DNA of 59,536 nt, the filler included, from Sphacelaria rigidula (lineage: Eukaryota): the NCBI GenBank assembly GCA_964200075.2. It is 5 parts of 5 records of this genome, joined end to end, with 100 filler letters (N's around TTAATTAATTAA, not from the genome) between each part and the next. Parts side by side here need not be neighbours in the genome. Positions count along the whole stretch, not along the records: positions 47,713 to 59,536 come from CAXNAA020004454.1; 4 more parts are not named here. One strand, 5' to 3'. Made by a program: the position numbers and the translations under genes. How positions within the stretch are numbered: position 1 is the stretch's first letter; every line of letters begins with the position of its first letter. Positions 53,560 to 59,536 of this stretch are shown here, in pieces. The notes under the pieces were generated by a model that searched no databases, was not told where the DNA came from, and worked only from the letters and a program-made list of their open reading frames with translations.

Positions 53560-56500
53560 ACCGTAAAGAAGACCGCGATGTTCTTGTTATCAAGGTCAGC
53601 TTTTTACTGCTCCCGAGTTACGTTTGTCGATTCGTCAGTTTGTCCGTCCAACGGATGTAGTGCAGAAACGAGGAGGACGGATCAAGATATAGACGTCGGT
53701 TTATCTCACCACTGTGTGCTTTTTGCCATAAGTTGTTTTTGTTATGTGAGGACCTGTGTGGACGACGGGTGGTGAATAATGTCTTCTTTACCCCAAATAT
53801 GAACACACATTATCGACGAAGACAATACGTGAAAACGCCGTGTAGCGTGCAAATGTCTCGCCTCCCACGTTGCGGGTTGAGGTCGCGGGACAGTTTGTGT
53901 ATCCACAGCTTGTCCCCACTCACTACAAACGAGGCGATTGCCGGTGCCACGGAGAGAGTCACGACGGCTGTTACTCATGAGCTAAATACTCCTCTACCTG
54001 AGGCGGTACATACTCTGACGTAATGTTCTCTTTCCGTTCTCTTTTTTTTTTCCTGCCCCCGTCGAATGCTGTCAGATATTTCGTTTCGTCAGTGGTGTGC
54101 GTCATCTTCACACGACGAGAAACGAAGACGGGTGGACCGGGCCCAGCAGGCGATGAAGGACTTGCGTTTTTTTTCAATCGACGCTGCGTGTCAATGCCAA
54201 ACCATGTATATCCAGAGACGCGTGGACAGGAAGAACGAAGATGGCGACACACCGGTTGCTCTCATTCTCGCTCGGGGGACGCTGCTACAGACGGAAAACG
54301 TGCCCGTATGCAACACGATCGATCCTGAGGGCTGATGAGGCAAAACTTACCGCCACCAGTTGCCGTGCACTGGTTGTTGCCGCGGCAGCTGTGGATCCCT
54401 ACTAGTGCTTGTCGCGAGACGTAACGTTATTCATAGCCCCACCCTGTGTAATACTGTATTCTACCTTTTTTTGCCTCGAGGCGTATTTGATAAGATCTAC
54501 CGTGTACCTTTGTTTCTTCTATTAATGTGAATCCAGCAGTTGTATCTCATCTGTGGTTCGCGTAAGGTGTGCGTTGCATGAAATGAGCCGGGAAGTGGAG
54601 TACTCAAATTGTGATTTAGACCCGGATGTACCCTGGTTTCGGGTATCAGAAGCCTGCCCCCCCCCTCCCCCCTCCCGAAAATGGTCGCGGAGGATTGTGC
54701 ACAAGTATTGTGATTTCCTGTGTGGCGAATGGAGTGCATGTGTTGTCGTAAATGTGGGTGAAATAAGTATGCAGATGAACAAAAACATGATGTATGTACT
54801 GTCGTGTAATCTAGAAGCGAGATATCCCTGATTGGCGATACCATTCAATCTTGCCACAAAGTAGCCTGTTCCCCTATATTTCTTTTCATCAGGTTGCTTG
54901 TAGTCGTCGCAATGTGTGTCGGGATAATGCGGCCGAGAGATAACAGCGTGTTCGGCATATGCAGGTAGATATCTGTTGGCCTTCTGGTGCGCTCGTGCAT
55001 GCCCTTGGAGGCCAATGCTCAGGGGTCACGAAAAGGCCCGCAGGAGTCGTCACATTCAAGTTCTCATGAGCCTATTTCTTGTCTTGTTTCGAGGCCAAAT
55101 ACACCGCTGAAATATGAAATGTTCTGTCAATGTTTGTTAGGTTGGATTGTACGCAAGTAACGACACGCATGTGTCTGTGTCTGTGAGTGTGTGAATTGTG
55201 AATGTGTGTGGGGGGGGGAGGGGGGTTGTGACAACGTTAGCAGCTTGGAAGTTATTTGGCAGAATGGAGTATGTTTGCCTCTCTTTCTTCGTCTAGGCGG
55301 TAAGTATCCGCTGGTGCAAGAATCGGATTTCTCATGAGCCTGTTGAAAAGAGTATACCCACTGCAGGCATGCGTGGTGACTTAGTGGCGGGATGCGCACG
55401 GGGTGAACGTGTTCTTCTTTCATTTTCATTTCCACTTTGTTTTTCGTTTCGCTTTCAGTTCTTTCGGAAAATATGTGAAGAATTTGGTAGAAAGATGAAC
55501 GCAAAGAGCAGTAGGTTCACGGATGAGTGGGTGGTGATTTTACGGTCAAGTCTTGCCACGAAGGAGGGAGATAGGAGGCGCTACGCAGGGACGTTACTCT
55601 GTGCTTTTCAAACGTTTAGTATAGTATTAATTTTGTCGGAATTCGGTTTGATTGTCGAGACGCAGGAGAACGGAGGTCTTCATGTCCGCCTTTTGGAGGT
55701 GCGGCGGGTCCGAAGGAGCAAAGCTACAGCGAAGGCTACACGCCTTTGTTCTAGAGGAACGTAGTCTTGATTCCCCACGAAGATCGGTGTACATCAGGCT
55801 TGATTAACGTAGGCCACTGCGTCGTGTTATTTCACGTCAGAAATCGTTTCTTTTTTTTTCCCCTCGATTGTTTTTGAAGCCGTGTTTGCGTGTCAGGCAC
55901 GAGAAATACGTAGACCCGTGTATGCAGTAAATAGCGCACTCGGCCTCTGGACAGTTGTAGGGCATGCTGTGAGTGACACATGTTGAGAAATTATGACGTA
56001 CAGTATGTAGTATGCCTGGTGCACATTTTTGCAGTTGGTGGTGGAAATCACGCGAAGTGCGACCTGCGGCTGTTGCGTGTCTGCGCGCGGACCCTCGTTT
56101 GCCGCTTCCTCATTTTTTGTTGTACGATGCTAGCGTGCATACACAAACGGTCGTAATGTTGTTGCAGCAGCGTTGTTTTTCCGTCGGCATATTGTTTTTT
56201 GTTGTGGCTTGTTGTATCTCTCCACCGCCCCCGATGAGATAGCGGGTGTGACGAGCAACATTATTATTATTGTTTATTGCGTTGACACCGGAGACTTGTC
56301 TCCTCGGAGTGCTTACTTGGCGGGGTTGTGATTATCGTTGCCTTGTTTCGGGCATCGGATAACTAGATTCGACTGTCCGTAAAGAAGGGTAAGCATCGTT
56401 AGGACTACCGCTGGTGCATGACGGAGTACTGACTCTATAAAGACAACGAAGTCACACCGCGGAAGTGTCTCCAGGTGAGAGACGAATAGCGCTGCTGTAT

Positions 56501-57553
56501 CGGCATGGGTGGGCATGCATGTGTAAACGTATACGTGACATCAGATATACTAAATGTGTCCCGTGATGCCGCTGTGCCACTAGGTGGTACGATGGCGTGG
56601 GGGTAGAGGGTGAGTAAACGAGCGGCGAGGCGAGTGGGTCTGCTACGAGTAGATAATCAAGCAACAAGGAATGGATGTGTTGTCGATGGCTCATGAGTTG
56701 TCTAATAATAGTAGTTAGCAGTAGCCCGTCCGAGTGAGCGCTGATCCTTCAGTAGCGACGCTCTTCTCCTGTAGCAGTTGCTAGTGTTATTGCACACTAC
56801 GGTATCAACGTTGCTCGGTTAGCTTTGTAATAGCAATGAGAAAAAAATGAACCGTCCAGTTCATTTTTCCCCCCCATGAAATTACGCGAAGACAACGCGT
56901 GAGTTTTTTTCCTTCCGCGAGAAGTGAACTGCTCAACTCAACGAGAGTAAAAGCAACTTCCCGGTGGCACTACGGTCGTCTACATCTCGCGTGGGCCCGT
57001 TTCATTTTTCACGACATTCATTTCTATTTTCGGGAAATCGTTATTACATGTAGGTCTTCCCGGAGCACTTATCCGAACTCCGCCCGCCCCTCAGAGGTCG
57101 AGGGTTAGTGGGTGCGAGAGAGGTGAAAAGAAACCCGGGCTGAAATAAGTCACCCTCTTTGTTGATACGGATTTATCGTCAGTCACCCAGATGGCTAAAA
57201 TTGTCTCGACACTGGAGCATATACCGCAGCAATAATAATACGTGTAAATTACTCATGTTACGGTTACTTTCTGCAGCTATACCATGTACCGCACCAGTGT
57301 CAAAGGTGTAAGGCCCTTGTCCGTGGGGTACACTGTGTTTGGTCTGTAAGTTGGGATGGACGATATTTTCTTGGTCTAGATTAATGTCTTGAGTCGCACT
57401 ACTGCTTGGTACGGCTCAACAGTCCGATCGATATGTTGAAATTTACCACTGGTTATCACGTTCGAGCATGCAGTCCGCACACATGTATATGTCCACCTGA
57501 AGTAATGGCAGAATGCCGGTACTTGAGCGTGATCTGTCGCCCCCCCCCCCTCT

Positions 57554-57625
57554 GCTCCGTCACGAAGGGGATACGTGTTCGATGAATGGTTAAACGACCA
57601 AGTCAAGTAACAAATGAGTACCCCC
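57554..57625 (+). repeat. Short interspersed element family A (diverged copy)
   Basis: GCTCCGTCACGAAGGGGATACGTG...AACAAATGAGTACCCCC between C-tracts. Confidence 0.8.
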
Positions 57626-57996
57626 TCCAACTCCCTTTACAACTACACAAGAAGGGTTAGGTAGCAGAGTATTATAGTTGTGAAACAAAGCAGGGTCTGA
57701 ATTATAGTCTCGTTAGGGACGGGTCCGTGAAGTCACAGCAGTATTTGTGCTGGAAAATGTCGGTGAAGAAATGTCAACGCGTTGTGTGCTGAACTTCTAA
57801 GCTTGGTCTGTTTTCTTGTTCCTCCCGACCCCTTGCCATATGCCACTCCGCTTGCTGGTGGGCTCGATGATACTTTACAAGTTCGGCGCGGTAATAGAAT
57901 TAGTGTAGACCGCGAACCGAGATAACCGTTCGTATTCTACACCATGTCCATGATCATGTGGAAGCCCGTCTATGTGATACGAAATGTCGAAATAGA

Positions 57997-58217
57997 GTTG
58001 TGTGTGTGTTGCCGTCCCATCTATTTTGGACGCCGGTCTACACCTTTCGGTATATATGGGTGCACCAGCTGGGGTCACACAGGAGGAAGGTCAACACAGG
58101 AGCTTTTTCTTTTTTGCTTGTTTTTAGTCTTCCACCCTCCTTCTGCGGTGCTTGTCTCTATTTTTTATCGCGAGAGGGGTTCAGCAGTCCCTTTCCCTCG
58201 GCGACCGTTGAGTCGAT
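57997..58217 (+). repeat. Interspersed repeat family B
   Basis: Matches the copies at 11931-12004 and 30945-31140. Confidence 0.85.
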
Positions 58218-58371
58218 ATTTTTGCAGGAATTATTACATCTATTATTCGAATATACAGCGTTGACCGATCTCTTGAACGACGAATATTTTTTCCCTATAC
58301 CTGCATCATCCAAGGTCACCACTCACTCGTGTCTTCACGGCGTACATGCACTACACAACCACAGTCATAAC

Positions 58372-58375
58372 CACC

Positions 58376-58410
<35 letters not shown>
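58372..58410. repeat. (CAC)n(TAC)n microsatellite
   Basis: Read directly from the sequence. Confidence 0.95.
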
Positions 58411-58412
<2 letters not shown>

Positions 58413-59400
58413 GGATAGTCCGGCGAAACCCCGGCGTGCTGCGTCCCGGCTTTGAAGGGATGCGAGGTCGATAGTCATATGACTATGGCATGCAAGATCA
58501 TGAGTACACCTCTCGTCCATCGTAGCATTAATCCGGGTGGCGCGAAAAAGTCACAGATGCCGAGGGTACAGGTGTCTGGGGAATTGCGCGATGAGCGGCG
58601 GTTGCCAGGGCCACAGCTTCCTGCCCGCCCCCTTCGCGAGCGACCGGCGCGACTCCCGCTGGTGATACCGGCGGTGGAAATAGCGGTGCACGCGGCCGAT
58701 CTCATGGTATGGGAGGGGCGCTTCCACGGCGAGCGATGTAAGGCGCGGCTTCACGGCGTACCGTCCAACAGGCAAGGCGAATGGAGCGAGCAACGTGTCG
58801 GGGGCAGCTGTACCTATGCGTCATGGTGGGGAGCCGTACTGATGCGACGGGGGGAGGGAGACGGCGCGGGAATCAGATCCGGAAAAGGATTTGATCAGTA
58901 GCACTTGTTGCGACCGTGGACCAGATAGGCCAATCGGCCGGGGTCGAAGTAGTCAGTTGGGATCTGGATTGGAGATCCAGATTCTGGATGCACGAGTCGA
59001 AGAGGACGAACTCGGCATCGGAAGCGGGCAACGACCATGATAGTAATTTCGCGTTTTGATTGAGCCTTCTGGGATTTTTTGAGGACGTTCTTGCTGTAGA
59101 TAGGTTGCACGCAGATACCTGTACTTTTCAACGTGGTCTTCTCCAGGAGGTAATCATCGACCGTGCCTCGTGTACACAGTGACAGTGATTCATGCATGGT
59201 GCGGCGCGCGCTTGCGTGCACAATTTGTTTAGACATTATTTCTGTCGATAGATTGCACGCAGATATCTGTACTATTCAAGGTTGTCTTCTCCAGGAGGTA
59301 GTCATCAACCGTGCCTCGCGTACACAGTGACGGTGATTTGGGCATGGTGCGGCGCATGCTTACGTGCACAAGTATATGGGATGTGGTTTATGGGCGAATC
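58410..59400 (-). mobile_element. Helitron-like element 3' end
   Basis: The minus strand ends in the GC-rich hairpin CCGGGGTTTCGCCGG (58420-58434), 6 nt, CTAG (58410-58413), then T. The 5' boundary was not determined. Confidence 0.6.
59091..59371. repeat. ~149-bp tandem duplication
   Basis: TTGCACGCAGATA.CTGTAC...TCTTCTCCAGGAGGTA.TCATC.ACCGTGCCTCG.GTACACAGTGAC occurs twice. Confidence 0.9.
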
Positions 59401-59536
59401 GCCGGTTGTGCATGAGGTCAAATATTTATCCGAGGCGAGTTCCGAGCTGAAGCCGGATTGGTCATTTCACCCCCCCCCTCCCCTCCCTGGCTGCTTATTC
59501 CTCAACAGACTAAGGCCTGCAACAAAAGATCACCGC

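Noticed and set aside
54066-54335. Ankyrin-like RKNEDGDTP motif
   Set aside because: Single short motif with no supporting exon chain.

Overview
This is eukaryotic, intron-rich, repeat-rich DNA, most consistent with a brown alga (Phaeophyceae): it has an EsV-1-7-repeat gene and Ectocarpus-like gene architecture. The window is not one locus. It is five unrelated contigs of about 11.8 kb, sorted by length (1-11830, 11931-23760, 23861-35687, 35788-47612, 47713-59536) and joined by N44-TTAATTAATTAA-N44 spacers. Contig 1 holds a spliced minus-strand gene for a conserved uncharacterised 'FRPNL..GSFGG.YF / DPYGWFQ' protein, with a hAT-type MITE (8-bp TSD, ACGT array) in intron 3. Contig 2 holds a decayed Ty1/Copia element, a small LTR-PBS-tRNA-LTR (TRIM-like) structure, a long-TIR foldback element and a TRP-channel-like pseudogene. 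Contig 3 is almost all transposon remnants: a pogo-like deletion derivative, a hAT-like remnant, and a 27-bp-TIR MITE nested in a 42-bp minisatellite. Contig 4 holds about 17 exons of a very large multi-SPRY (HERC/HECT-like) gene. Contig 5 holds an EsV-1-7-domain gene and a Helitron 3' end. The most unusual signals are the TRIM-like element with a tRNA-derived internal region and a 69-bp SINE-like element that recurs at oligo-C tracts. All calls were made by eye, with no database searches.
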